32,000 nucleotides of DNA from Nitrosococcus oceani ATCC 19707 (lineage in GTDB: Bacteria > Pseudomonadota > Gammaproteobacteria > Nitrosococcales > Nitrosococcaceae), in the NCBI RefSeq assembly GCF_000012805.1, contig NC_007484.1, positions 2,640,001 to 2,672,000 on the forward strand, read 5' to 3'. The position numbers and the translations under genes are program-made. The notes beneath the pieces are model-generated. The model was not told the DNA's origin, did no database searches, and saw only the letters and a list, made by a program, of their open reading frames with translations. This document shows, one piece after another, positions 19,768-29,641 of this stretch (its first letter is position 1; each line of letters starts with the position of its first letter).

Positions 19768-20136
19768 CTATAATACTTCCGGGGCCAAAGAAACAATCCT
19801 CATAAAGTTCTCAACACGCAGCTCCCTCGTCACGGGACCAAAGATTCGAGTACCTATAGGCTGTAACTGGTTATTCAGTAATACAACGGCATTATTATCA
19901 AACCGAATAAGTGAGCCGTCCGCACGGCGAACCCCCTTTCTGGTCCGCACGATCAGTGCATTATAAACCTCACCTTTCTTCACTTTACCGCGTGGAATGG
20001 CTTCCTTGACTGCAACCTTAATAATATCGCCAATCCCCGCATAGCGCCGCTGTGACCCCCCTAGCACCTTTATACACACAAGTCGACGAGCACCGCTGTT
20101 ATCTGCCGCCTCTAGGCTAGTCTGCATTTGAATCAT
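19768..20136 (-). CDS. rplN: 50S ribosomal protein L14
   Basis: 122 aa, [38 protein letters not shown]... GGAGGG SD upstream. Confidence 0.97.
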   Translation of the reverse strand: MIQMQTSLEAADNSGARRLVCIKVLGGSQRRYAGIGDIIKVAVKEAIPRGKVKKGEVYNALIVRTRKGVRRADGSLIRFDNNAVVLLNNQLQPIGTRIFGPVTRELRVENFMRIVSLAPEVL

Positions 20137-20177
20137 TCCTGCCCTCCACTTAATCTCATCAGGGAATCAAGCATTAT

Positions 20178-20438
20178 TCAGCGTGCACGCTCAAGGATAT
20201 CAACCAATTTCCAGGCTTTAGTCTTGGATAACGGACGTGTCCCTGCAATCGCTACAATATCGCCCATCCGGCACTCATTATTTTCGTCATGGGCATGCAA
20301 CTTAGTAAAACGCCTTACATATTTTTTGTAGAGCGAGTGTGCGACTTTACGCTCTATAAGCACCGTAATCGTCTTATCCATCTTGTCGCTCACCACGCGG
20401 CCGATAACGGTATGTGATATTTTCTCCTGATCGCTCAT
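20178..20438 (-). CDS. rpsQ: 30S ribosomal protein S17
   Basis: 86 aa, ...[40 protein letters not shown]... Confidence 0.96.
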   Translation of the reverse strand: MSDQEKISHTVIGRVVSDKMDKTITVLIERKVAHSLYKKYVRRFTKLHAHDENNECRMGDIVAIAGTRPLSKTKAWKLVDILERAR

Positions 20439-20441
20439 AAC

Positions 20442-20639
20442 CTACTGCGCCTGCTGTTGTTTTTCAGTGAGTACCGTTTTAACCCGAGCGATGCTACGCC
20501 GAACCCGCTTCAATTCGCTATTTCGTACTAACTGCCCGGTACCCATTTGCATCCGCAGTTTAAACCGCTCTCGAGAGAGCTCCAAGAGCTCCTTCCGCAA
20601 TTCATCTTCCGTCTTTGTCCGCAACTCTTGAACTTTCAT
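20442..20639 (-). CDS. rpmC: 50S ribosomal protein L29
   Basis: [21 protein letters not shown]... ATG 20639 overlaps the rplP TGA by 1 nt (TGATG). The track start 20642 is a GTG one codon upstream. Confidence 0.95.
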   Translation of the reverse strand: MKVQELRTKTEDELRKELLELSRERFKLRMQMGTGQLVRNSELKRVRRSIARVKTVLTEKQQQAQ

Positions 20640-21052
20640 CACATAATCGCCCGGGTAACAAATACCGTTTTAATGGGCAGTTTAGCAGCCGCTAATTCAA
20701 AAGCCCTCCGCGCTACCCCCTCCGGCACACCTTCCATCTCATAAAGGACGCGGCCAGGCTGTATATTAGCAGCCCAAAACTCTACACCACCCTTACCCTT
20801 TCCTTGACGCACCTCAAGAGGCTTTTGAGTAATTGGTTTATCCGGAAAAATCCGAATCCAAATTTTTCCGCCCCGCTTAATATGCCTTGTCATAGCACGC
20901 CGAGCAGCCTCGATTTGGCGAGCTGTAATCCGCCCTCTACCTATAGCTTTCAAGCCATACTCACCAAAGTCTATTTGGCTACCTCGGAGGGCTTGTCCGC
21001 GATTTCTGCCTTTTTGCTGCTTACGGAACTTAGTTCTTTTCGGCTGTAACAT
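20639..21052 (-). CDS. rplP: 50S ribosomal protein L16
   Basis: 137 aa, [19 protein letters not shown]... Confidence 0.97.
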   Translation of the reverse strand: MLQPKRTKFRKQQKGRNRGQALRGSQIDFGEYGLKAIGRGRITARQIEAARRAMTRHIKRGGKIWIRIFPDKPITQKPLEVRQGKGKGGVEFWAANIQPGRVLYEMEGVPEGVARRAFELAAAKLPIKTVFVTRAIM

Positions 21053-21063
21053 ATTTTATTACC

Positions 21064-21735
21064 CTAGCTTATCGCTGAGCTTCCCGCGGCGACCTGCGGC
21101 TCCGGCTGCTCAAATACTTCGCCCTTAAATATCCATACCTTAACGCCAAGGATTCCATAGGTAGTCTTCGCCTCAGCAAAACCATAATCTATATCAGCGC
21201 GTAACGTATGCAATGGTACCCGGCCTTCCCGATACCATTCGTTACGTGCAATCTCTGCCCCATTTAAGCGCCCGGAGACTTTTATCCTAATACCTTGCGC
21301 ACCTACACGCATAGCGTTGGTAACCGCACGCTTCATTGCTCGGCGAAACATAATTCGCCGTTCGAGTTGCTGAGCCACATTTGCAGCAACAAGCGTTGCG
21401 TCTAATTCAGGCTTGCGTATCTCTTGAATGTTAATATGAACGGGTATACCCATCATTCTTGAGACTTCTTGCCGTAGGTTGTTAATATCCTCACCCTTTT
21501 TTCCAATGACGATACCTGGACGAGCGGTATGAATAGTGATCCGAGCATTACGCGCCGGCCGATCAATCTGAATATTGCTCACTAGCGCATGGGATAGCTT
21601 CTTGGCAAGGTAGCTACGAACTGCTAAATCATTATTCAGCAGCTCACTAAATTGGCCGCTATCCGCATACCATTTAGAGTTCCAATCCTTAACAATGCCT
21701 AGACGGATCCCAGTAGGATGTACTTTTTGCCCCAT
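21064..21735 (-). CDS. rpsC: 30S ribosomal protein S3
   Basis: 223 aa, [24 protein letters not shown]... with a KH domain. Confidence 0.97.
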   Translation of the reverse strand: MGQKVHPTGIRLGIVKDWNSKWYADSGQFSELLNNDLAVRSYLAKKLSHALVSNIQIDRPARNARITIHTARPGIVIGKKGEDINNLRQEVSRMMGIPVHINIQEIRKPELDATLVAANVAQQLERRIMFRRAMKRAVTNAMRVGAQGIRIKVSGRLNGAEIARNEWYREGRVPLHTLRADIDYGFAEAKTTYGILGVKVWIFKGEVFEQPEPQVAAGSSAIS

Positions 21736-21752
21736 TAGCTATCTGTGCTCCC

Positions 21753-22085
21753 CTAATCCTCTGAAACCATCACCTTAATATGGCAAGAGCGCTTAAAAAC
21801 TCGACTAGCACGCCCTCTAGCCCTTGCGCGGATTCGCTTTATAGTAGGTCCTTCGTTGACCATAATGGCAGCAACGCGCAACTCATCGATATCAGCTCCA
21901 TCGTTGTGCTCGGCATTCGCAATAGCAGATTCCAACACTTTTCTAATAAGAGCCGATGCTTTTTTAGGGCTAAAGCCCAAAATATCCAATGCCTTATCTA
22001 CAGGCAGCCCGCGGACCTGGTCCGCAACCAGCCGACCTTTCTGAGCCGACAGGCGCGCATTCTTTAGTATTGCCGTAGTTGCCAT
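21753..22085 (-). CDS. rplV: 50S ribosomal protein L22
   Basis: ATG 22085 ([22 protein letters not shown]...) has GGAG 6 nt upstream and matches the E. coli L22 length (110 aa). The track start 22097 (MEREM...) lacks an SD. Confidence 0.93.
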   Translation of the reverse strand: MATTAILKNARLSAQKGRLVADQVRGLPVDKALDILGFSPKKASALIRKVLESAIANAEHNDGADIDELRVAAIMVNEGPTIKRIRARARGRASRVFKRSCHIKVMVSED

Positions 22086-22099
22086 TTCCCGCTCCATTA

Positions 22100-22372
22100 C
22101 TACCTAGACTTTTTATTAGCCACATGGCCCTTAAAGGTACGTGTCGGGGAAAATTCACCCAATTTATGACCGACCATATTTTCTGTGACCAAAATAGGAA
22201 CATGTTGCCGTCCATTATGGACGGCAATCGTTAGCCCAATCATTTCCGGGACAACCATAGAGCGACGCGACCAGGTCTTAATCGGACGCCGACTCTGGGA
22301 TGCGCTCGCCTCCAGCACCTTCTTTTGCAGATGAGGGTCCACAAATGGGCCTTTTTTAATCGAACGCGGCAT
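22100..22372 (-). CDS. rpsS: 30S ribosomal protein S19
   Basis: 90 aa, [19 protein letters not shown]... Confidence 0.97.
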   Translation of the reverse strand: MPRSIKKGPFVDPHLQKKVLEASASQSRRPIKTWSRRSMVVPEMIGLTIAVHNGRQHVPILVTENMVGHKLGEFSPTRTFKGHVANKKSR

Positions 22373-22397
22373 GCTTCATCCTCTCACTCTGAGTTAT

Positions 22398-23222
22398 TTA
22401 CTTTTTACGCCGGCGTACAATAAATTTTCCAGTACGCTTGTTACGGCGAGTCTTATACCCCTTAGTGGGCACTCCCCAAGGGCTAACGGGGTGGCGGCCA
22501 CCTGAAGTGCGGCCCTCACCACCCCCGTGGGGATGATCTACAGGGTTCATCGCAACCCCACGCACGGTAGGACGTTTCCCCCGCCAACGCATAGCTCCCG
22601 CCTTACCTAGAGAACGGAGGCCATGCCCATCATTACCAACTTCTCCTATTGTTGCCCGGCATTCAAGCGGCACTTTTCGTATCTCACCTGAGCGCAAACG
22701 CAACATCGCATGATCGCCTTCACGGGCAACTAACTGACAGGAAGAACCGGCGCTTCGTGCTATCTGAGCACCTTTACCTGGTTTTAGCTCAATACAATGC
22801 ACAAGCGTGCCAACAGGAATATTCCGTAGCGGAAGACAGTTTCCATCTCGAATAGGAGCCTCCCGTCCAGAAGTTATAATATCACCAACCTTAACTGCCT
22901 TGGGCGCAATGATATAACGCTTTTCCCCATCAGAATAATTAATTAATGCAATATGAGCACTACGATTTGGATCGTATTCTATCCTTTTCACACGCCCAAG
23001 GACATCAATTTTATCGCGTCTAAAATCAATAATTCGGTAGAGCCGCTTATGCCCCCCGCCACAATGACGAACAGTTATTCTACCTTGATTATTCCGGCCT
23101 CCACTCTTGCTTAGTTTTTTAGTTAAAGCCGGATGAGGTCTGCCCTTATATAGTTCAAGAGAAGTTACCTGAACCACAAATCGGCGGCCAGCGGATGTAG
23201 GTTTAGCTTTTACAATCGGCAT
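22398..23222 (-). CDS. rplB: 50S ribosomal protein L2
   Basis: ATG 23222 ([14 protein letters not shown]...) is colinear with E. coli MAVVKCKPTSPGRR and has AAGGA 7 nt upstream. The track ATG 23228 is too close to the SD. ...[13 protein letters not shown] motif present. Confidence 0.95.
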   Translation of the reverse strand: MPIVKAKPTSAGRRFVVQVTSLELYKGRPHPALTKKLSKSGGRNNQGRITVRHCGGGHKRLYRIIDFRRDKIDVLGRVKRIEYDPNRSAHIALINYSDGEKRYIIAPKAVKVGDIITSGREAPIRDGNCLPLRNIPVGTLVHCIELKPGKGAQIARSAGSSCQLVAREGDHAMLRLRSGEIRKVPLECRATIGEVGNDGHGLRSLGKAGAMRWRGKRPTVRGVAMNPVDHPHGGGEGRTSGGRHPVSPWGVPTKGYKTRRNKRTGKFIVRRRKK

Positions 23223-23259
23223 AGCCATTTCCTTAATTTATCTAAATAACAGTCAGGTG

Positions 23260-23556
23260 TTATTCAACGCTTGCAAAATCGATTTCATAGCCTTCCTGCA
23301 GCGCCACGTAGGCTTTTTTCCAATTGCTGCGACGGCCAATATAACGCCCTGAACGCTTACGCTTTCCTTTAACTAGCGCTGTATGCACCTTAGTAACTTT
23401 GACATCGAACAAGAGTTCAACCGCCTGCTTAACCTCTCGCTTGTCAGCATCAGACAAGATCTTAAAAATCACCTGGTTATGCTTTTCCCCTACTAAGGTG
23501 CTTTTTTCCGAAATCACAGGCGCTAAAATAACCTTAGTCAGGCGCTCCTCGTTCAT
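23260..23556 (-). CDS. rplW: 50S ribosomal protein L23
   Basis: 98 aa, [20 protein letters not shown]... ATGA overlap with the rplD stop (23553-23556). Confidence 0.97.
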
Positions 23557-24173
23557 GTGAGGCTCTCCTCAAAACAACGAATTGCATCTCCCGTTACCAG
23601 AACTCCATCGAATCGAATTAATTCAACAGGACTAACTCTACTCACATTCCTTATAGCCACTGTCGGAATATTCCGGGCGGACAATTCAAGATTACGATCA
23701 TCTTCAGCAACCACGATCAACACACTGCGCCACGTAATGGGCTTTAATAACTTAGCTAGATCTCTTGTTTTCGGCTTGGAAAGCATAATTTTATCTATCA
23801 TCCTTAGCCGGTCTTGGCGCACAAGCTCCGATAAAATCGAGCGCATAGCCGCTCGATACATTTTTCTATTTACCTTTTGCGAATAATCCCCTGGCTTGGC
23901 GGCAAAAGCCCTACCGCCACCTCGCCATAACGGGCTTCGAATAGTACCCGCCCGAGCGCGGCCTGTCCCTTTTTGCCGAAAAGGTTTAGCACCACCGCCT
24001 CGAGCCTCGGAACGCGTTTTCTGAGCATGTGTACCTGCTCGAGCTTTAGCCAAATAAGCAGTGACCACTTGATGGATAAGAGGCTCATTAAAGTGTTGGG
24101 TAAACACAGTATCAGAAAGTTGCGTCATACCCGTTTCAGAATTTTCTGCGAGCGACTGCACTGCGAGATTCAC
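23553..24173 (-). CDS. rplD: 50S ribosomal protein L4
   Basis: The track start is TTG 24200, inside rplC. GTG 24173 is preceded by AAGGAGGA with 4-5 nt spacing and gives about 206 aa. ...[21 protein letters not shown] motif present. Confidence 0.93.
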
Positions 24174-24189
24174 CCTATCCTCCTTTATC

Positions 24190-24837
24190 TCACTTAACAA
24201 CGGTCTTGACTGCCGGTTTAACTATTACATCCCCTCCTGGCGCACCAGGAATAGCTCCTTTTATCAATAATAATTGGCGCCCTTCATCAATTCGAACCAA
24301 CTCAAGATTTTGGACGGTACGCCGTACATTTCCCATTTGCCCAGCCATTTTTTTTCCCTTAAATACGCGGCCTGGAGTTTGGCATTGACCAATAGAACCT
24401 GGAGCACGGTGGGATAACGAATTACCGTGGCTGGCATCTCCACCGCCGAAATGATAGCGGCGAACCACACCAGCAAAACCGCGCCCCCGGGTAATACCCG
24501 TGACATCGACCTTCTGTCCGACTTCAAACAAATCTACTTTCAGCTCGCCGCTGGCCTTAATATCTCTTCCTTCCTCTGCTCCAAAACGAAATTCCTGCAG
24601 TTTTCGACCGGGCTCTACGTTCGCCTTTGCAAAGTGCCCTTTAAGCGAGCTAGTGACTCGAGCAGGACGTCTCTCACCTACTGTTACTTGCACCGCTTGA
24701 TAACCATCTTGCTCCAGTGTCTTAACCTGAGAAATCCGATTCGGAGTTGCTTCAATCACCGTTACCGGTATTGAGGCTCCTTCATCCGTAAAAACTCGAG
24801 TCATCCCCACTTTACGACCGATTAATCCGATTGCCAT
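24190..24837 (-). CDS. rplC: 50S ribosomal protein L3
   Basis: 215 aa, [29 protein letters not shown]... Confidence 0.97.
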   Translation of the reverse strand: MAIGLIGRKVGMTRVFTDEGASIPVTVIEATPNRISQVKTLEQDGYQAVQVTVGERRPARVTSSLKGHFAKANVEPGRKLQEFRFGAEEGRDIKASGELKVDLFEVGQKVDVTGITRGRGFAGVVRRYHFGGGDASHGNSLSHRAPGSIGQCQTPGRVFKGKKMAGQMGNVRRTVQNLELVRIDEGRQLLLIKGAIPGAPGGDVIVKPAVKTVVK

Positions 24838-24872
24838 TTGCCTATCCTCGTGCCTACCAGCGCATATTCTCG

Positions 24873-25187
24873 TTAGGTTAATTTAATCTGGACATCAACG
24901 CCTGCAGCCAAATCCAGTTTCATCAAGGCATCAACGGTCTTTTCCGTCGGATCGACAATATCCATTAATCGCTTATGGGTACGAATCTCATACTGATCGC
25001 GTGCATCCTTGTTGACATGGGGAGATATCAATATCGTAAACCGTTCCTTGCGAGTAGGCAAAGGAATTGGCCCCCGTACGTGAGCTCCTGTACGCTTAGC
25101 AGTATCCACGATTTCTCGCGCCGATTGGTCAATCAGGCGATGATCAAACGCCTTTAGCCGAATTCTAATAATTTGTTGTTTGGCCAT
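24873..25187 (-). CDS. rpsJ: 30S ribosomal protein S10
   Basis: ATG 25187 gives [23 protein letters not shown]..., colinear with E. coli S10. The track start TTG 25202 would overlap tuf. Confidence 0.94.
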   Translation of the reverse strand: MAKQQIIRIRLKAFDHRLIDQSAREIVDTAKRTGAHVRGPIPLPTRKERFTILISPHVNKDARDQYEIRTHKRLMDIVDPTEKTVDALMKLDLAAGVDVQIKLT

Positions 25188-25194
25188 GCCGTTA

Positions 25195-26385
25195 CTACTC
25201 AATCACTTTACTGACGACGCCGGCACCTACCGTACGCCCCCCTTCACGGACGGCAAAACGCAACCCCTCCTCCATCGCAATAGGCGCAATCAAACTAACC
25301 GTCATCTGAATATTATCACCCGGCATCACCATCTCCACCCCATCGGGTAAATCAATCGCACCGGTCACATCCGTGGTCCGAAAATAAAACTGCGGACGAT
25401 ACCCCGTGAAAAACGGCGTATGACGCCCCCCTTCATCCTTGGATAAAACATACACTTCCGCATAAAACTTCGTATGCGGCGTAATCGATTTGGGCTTGGC
25501 CAACACTTGACCACGCTCCACATCCTCACGCTTAGTCCCCCGCAACAAAACACCCACATTGTCCCCCGCTCGCCCCTCATCCAGAAGCTTGCGGAACATC
25601 TCAACCCCCGTGCAAATAGTCTTCTGCGTCTCCCGCATCCCAACTATCTCTATCTCTTCCCCTACCTTGACAATACCCCGCTCCACTCGACCCGTTACTA
25701 CCGTCCCCCGACCCGAAATCGAAAATACATCCTCTATCGGCATCAAAAACGGCTGGTCTACCGCTCGCTGGGGCTCAGGAATATACGCATCCATCTGCTC
25801 TACCAACTTCAGTATCGACGGAATCCCTATCTCGCTCGTATCCCCCTCCAACGCCTTCAGCGCACTACCCACCACTATCGGCGTGTCATCCCCCGGAAAT
25901 TGGTAACTATCCAACAGCTCCCGAACTTCCATCTCCACTAATTCCAACAACTCCGGATCGTCTACCATATCCGCTTTGTTTAAATACACCAATATGAACG
26001 GCACTCCCACCTGGCGCGCCAGCAATATATGCTCTCGCGTCTGGGGCATCGGACCATCCGCCGCCGAAACCACCAACACCGCTCCGTCCATCTGCGCCGC
26101 CCCCGTAATCATGTTCTTCACATAATCCGCATGCCCCGGGCAGTCTACATGCGCATAGTGACGCTCCTCCGTCTCATATTCTACATGCGAGGTCGCTATC
26201 GTGATCCCCCTCTCCCGCTCCTCCGGCGCATTGTCTATCTGGTCGTAGGCCCTGAACTCTCCCCCATACTGCTCCGATAATATCCGCGTCAACGCCGCCG
26301 TTAACGTCGTCTTACCATGGTCTACGTGACCGATCGTGCCTACGTTTATATGCGGCTTCTTCCGCTCAAATTTCGACTTGGACAC
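25195..26385 (-). CDS. tuf: elongation factor Tu
   Basis: 396 aa with GTG start (as in E. coli tufA). [32 protein letters not shown]..., [14 protein letters not shown]. Highly atypical synonymous codon usage (see findings). Confidence 0.98.
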   Translation of the reverse strand: MSKSKFERKKPHINVGTIGHVDHGKTTLTAALTRILSEQYGGEFRAYDQIDNAPEERERGITIATSHVEYETEERHYAHVDCPGHADYVKNMITGAAQMDGAVLVVSAADGPMPQTREHILLARQVGVPFILVYLNKADMVDDPELLELVEMEVRELLDSYQFPGDDTPIVVGSALKALEGDTSEIGIPSILKLVEQMDAYIPEPQRAVDQPFLMPIEDVFSISGRGTVVTGRVERGIVKVGEEIEIVGMRETQKTICTGVEMFRKLLDEGRAGDNVGVLLRGTKREDVERGQVLAKPKSITPHTKFYAEVYVLSKDEGGRHTPFFTGYRPQFYFRTTDVTGAIDLPDGVEMVMPGDNIQMTVSLIAPIAMEEGLRFAVREGGRTVGAGVVSKVIE

Positions 26386-26418
26386 AATTGCTTACCTCAC
26401 AAAGATAACTGTCTTATC

Positions 26419-28512
26419 TCATTGGGACTTTTTAATTATCGCCCCAGCGATATTAGAGGGCGCTTCATTGTACTTTGAGAATTCCATTGTATAATTAGCT
26501 CGCCCTTGAGTAGCCGAACGGAGATCGGTGGCATATCCAAACATTTCCGCCAATGGTACTTCTGCTCGAATTATTTTACCGCTAAGGGAGTCTTCCATCC
26601 CCTGCACCATCCCGCGGCGCCGATTGAGGTCACCCATTACATCACCCATATATTCCTCAGGAGTCACTACCTCTACTTTCATAATAGGCTCAAGCAACAC
26701 CGGATTCGCTTTTTGCACTCCTTCCTTAAAGGCCATAGATCCTGCAATTTTAAAAGCCATCTCGCTAGAATCCACATCGTGATATGAACCATCATATAGG
26801 GTAGCCTTGATATCAACTACAGGATATCCAGCAATTACTCCATTCTCAGTTTGCTCCTTTATTCCCTTATCAACTGCGGGAATAAATTCTTTAGGCACGG
26901 TACCGCCCACAATTTTATTAACAAACTCATATCCCTTACCGCGCTCTTGAGGTTCTAACTTGAGCCAAACATGGCCATATTGACCTCGACCGCCGCTCTG
27001 GCGCACAAATTTACCTTCCTGCTCTATGCTACGGCGTATGGTTTCTCGGTACGCTACCTGGGGAGCACCCACATTAGCCTCAACCTTAAACTCTCGCCTC
27101 ATGCGGTCAACAATAATATCTAAGTGCAACTCACCCATTCCTGCGATGATAGTCTGCCCAGACTCTTCATCGGTACGGACCCTAAATGAAGGATCCTCCC
27201 TAGCTAGCTTTCCAAGGGCTATAGACATCCTTTCTTGGTCTCCCTTGGTTTTAGGCTCAATAGCAACAGAGATCACAGGCTCCGGAAATTCCATGCGCTC
27301 CAATAAAATGATGTGATTCGGGTCACATAAGGTATCACCTGTTGTCACATTTTTTAGGCCAACCGCAGCAGCAATATCACCAGCCATGACATCTTTAATT
27401 TCTTCACGGCTATTAGAATGCATCTGGAGTAAACGGCCAATACGTTCGCGGTTTCCAGAAGCTGCGTTATAAACCGTGTCCCCCGAGCTTAGTACTCCAG
27501 AATAAACCCGGAAAAAGGTGAGGTTTCCCACATAAGGATCAGAAGCGATCTTAAAGGCTAAAGCAGCAAATGGTTCCTCATCTGAGGCGTGGCGCTCACC
27601 TTCAGTCTCGTCTTTTTGCACCCCTTTAATAGGGGGAACTTCGACTGGGGAGGGCATATAAGAAAGCACTGCATCCAACATTGCCTGGACCCCCTTATTT
27701 TTAAAGGCGGAACCACACAAAGCAGGGACGATTTCTCCATTCAAGGTTCGAATGCGAAGGCCCTTAACAATATCGTCTAGCGGCAGTTGACCTTCCTCTA
27801 GATATCTCTCCATCAACTCTTCAGATGCTTCGGCGGCTGCCTCAATCATCTTTTCCCGGTATTCATCACAACTAGCCTGTAAATTTCCAGGTATTTCTTT
27901 TTCTTCAAAAGCCATGCCCATGCTGGATTTATCCCAGTGGATAGCCTTCATCTTAATAAGATCGACCACTCCCTCAAAATTTTCTTCAGCGCCAATGGGT
28001 ATCTGAATAGGAATCGGATTAGCTCCTAACCTGCTGCGAATTTGCCCAACTACCCGAAGAAAATCAGCGCCCTGGCGGTCCATTTTATTGACAAATGCCA
28101 ATCGAGGCACCTTATATTTATTTGCCTGTCGCCATACAGTTTCAGATTGGGGTTCTACCCCCCCCACCGCACAGAATACAGCAACGGCACCATCCAACAC
28201 TCGCAAAGAACGTTCTACTTCAATCGTAAAATCCACGTGCCCAGGAGTATCGATAATATTGATTCGATGCTCTGGAAACTGCCTCGCCATTCCACTCCAG
28301 AAGCAAGTTGTCGCAGCGGAAGTAATTGTAATACCTCTCTCCTGCTCCTGCTCCATCCAATCCATAGTGGCAGCACCATCATGAACTTCGCCCAGCTTAT
28401 GAGAGACACCCGTATAATATAGAATGCGCTCGGTAGTAGTGGTTTTGCCGGCATCAATATGTGCCATAATGCCAATATTACGATAGCGCTCGATAGGAGT
28501 CTTTCGGGCCAC
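26419..28512 (-). CDS. fusA: elongation factor G
   Basis: 697 aa, [35 protein letters not shown]..., [13 protein letters not shown]. Confidence 0.98.
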   Translation of the reverse strand: MARKTPIERYRNIGIMAHIDAGKTTTTERILYYTGVSHKLGEVHDGAATMDWMEQEQERGITITSAATTCFWSGMARQFPEHRINIIDTPGHVDFTIEVERSLRVLDGAVAVFCAVGGVEPQSETVWRQANKYKVPRLAFVNKMDRQGADFLRVVGQIRSRLGANPIPIQIPIGAEENFEGVVDLIKMKAIHWDKSSMGMAFEEKEIPGNLQASCDEYREKMIEAAAEASEELMERYLEEGQLPLDDIVKGLRIRTLNGEIVPALCGSAFKNKGVQAMLDAVLSYMPSPVEVPPIKGVQKDETEGERHASDEEPFAALAFKIASDPYVGNLTFFRVYSGVLSSGDTVYNAASGNRERIGRLLQMHSNSREEIKDVMAGDIAAAVGLKNVTTGDTLCDPNHIILLERMEFPEPVISVAIEPKTKGDQERMSIALGKLAREDPSFRVRTDEESGQTIIAGMGELHLDIIVDRMRREFKVEANVGAPQVAYRETIRRSIEQEGKFVRQSGGRGQYGHVWLKLEPQERGKGYEFVNKIVGGTVPKEFIPAVDKGIKEQTENGVIAGYPVVDIKATLYDGSYHDVDSSEMAFKIAGSMAFKEGVQKANPVLLEPIMKVEVVTPEEYMGDVMGDLNRRRGMVQGMEDSLSGKIIRAEVPLAEMFGYATDLRSATQGRANYTMEFSKYNEAPSNIAGAIIKKSQ

Positions 28513-28566
28513 AACAACAAGTCCTTAATTTCTTAAATTTAAAAAACAATCCAAACTATTAAACAT

Positions 28567-29061
<495 letters not shown>

Positions 29062-29098
29062 CTACCATACTTAACCGCTATCTATGATGAGGTAAGTG

Positions 29099-29473
29099 CT
29101 ACCCCTTTGGCCGTTTAGCCCCGTACTTGGAGCGGCCTTGCCGACGATCCCCCACACCTGCTGTATCTAAAGATCCCCGTACGATGTGATAGCGCACGCC
29201 AGGTAAGTCCTTGACGCGACCGCCACGAATTAGAACCACAGAGTGCTCTTGCAAATTATGCCCTTCACCTCCGATATAAGAGGTGACTTCCATACCATTA
29301 GTGAGACGTATACGGGCCACCTTACGCATGGCCGAGTTAGGCTTCTTTGGCGTAGTAGTATAGACTCGAGTACAGACCCCTCGCTTTTGGGGACAAGCCT
29401 GCAGCGCGGGTACATTGCTTTTTTGCTTCTGCCGTACCCGCGGCTTACGAACCAATTGGTTAATGGTGGCCAT
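29099..29473 (-). CDS. rpsL: 30S ribosomal protein S12
   Basis: 124 aa, [12 protein letters not shown]...[20 protein letters not shown]... Confidence 0.98.
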   Translation of the reverse strand: MATINQLVRKPRVRQKQKSNVPALQACPQKRGVCTRVYTTTPKKPNSAMRKVARIRLTNGMEVTSYIGGEGHNLQEHSVVLIRGGRVKDLPGVRYHIVRGSLDTAGVGDRRQGRSKYGAKRPKG

Positions 29474-29571
29474 GGATCTCTAAATGCTCCAGACAAAATA
29501 AAGTTAAGCGCCCAAACGCCGATTATTCTCGGAGAATGAACGCTTCAGTGTATTCGGGTTTCTAAATTCAT

Positions 29572-29596
29572 AGCCTTCCCTTAATAGGAGAAGGCT
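29572..29596 (-). terminator. candidate (weak or partial) transcription terminator/attenuator after rpoC
   Basis: Minus strand AGCCTTCTC-CTATTAA-GGGAAGGCT forms a 9-bp stem (one G.U) with a 7-nt loop, 46 nt after the rpoC stop. It is followed by ATGAATTTAG, which is only a poor U-tract. Confidence 0.35.
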
Positions 29597-29641
29597 GTCT
29601 GAGTAGAAAGCGAACAATTTTATTCTTAATTAAATTTTCTG

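Noticed and set aside
17543-22227. Alternative-frame minus-strand ORFs inside rplF (17543..17779) and rpsS/rplV (21994..22227)
   Set aside because: They are embedded in conserved ribosomal-protein genes in another frame, with no independent support.
25188-25194. S10 (L4) leader between tuf and rpsJ
   Set aside because: Only 7 nt are available, so no structured leader can exist there.
25365-26280. Stack of long overlapping ORFs in tuf: three antisense on the + strand (155, 115 and 83 aa) and one 92-aa minus-strand alternative frame
   Set aside because: The translations are R/L/P/H/Y-rich low-complexity strings. The absence of stops follows directly from the purine-poor + strand created by the G/A-ending codon bias of tuf. 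They are a consequence of the bias, not evidence of overlapping genes.
26506-28520. Antisense and alternative-frame ORFs within fusA (84-126 aa)
   Set aside because: They lie entirely within a strongly conserved EF-G CDS and have no SD or motifs. This is typical shadow-ORF length.
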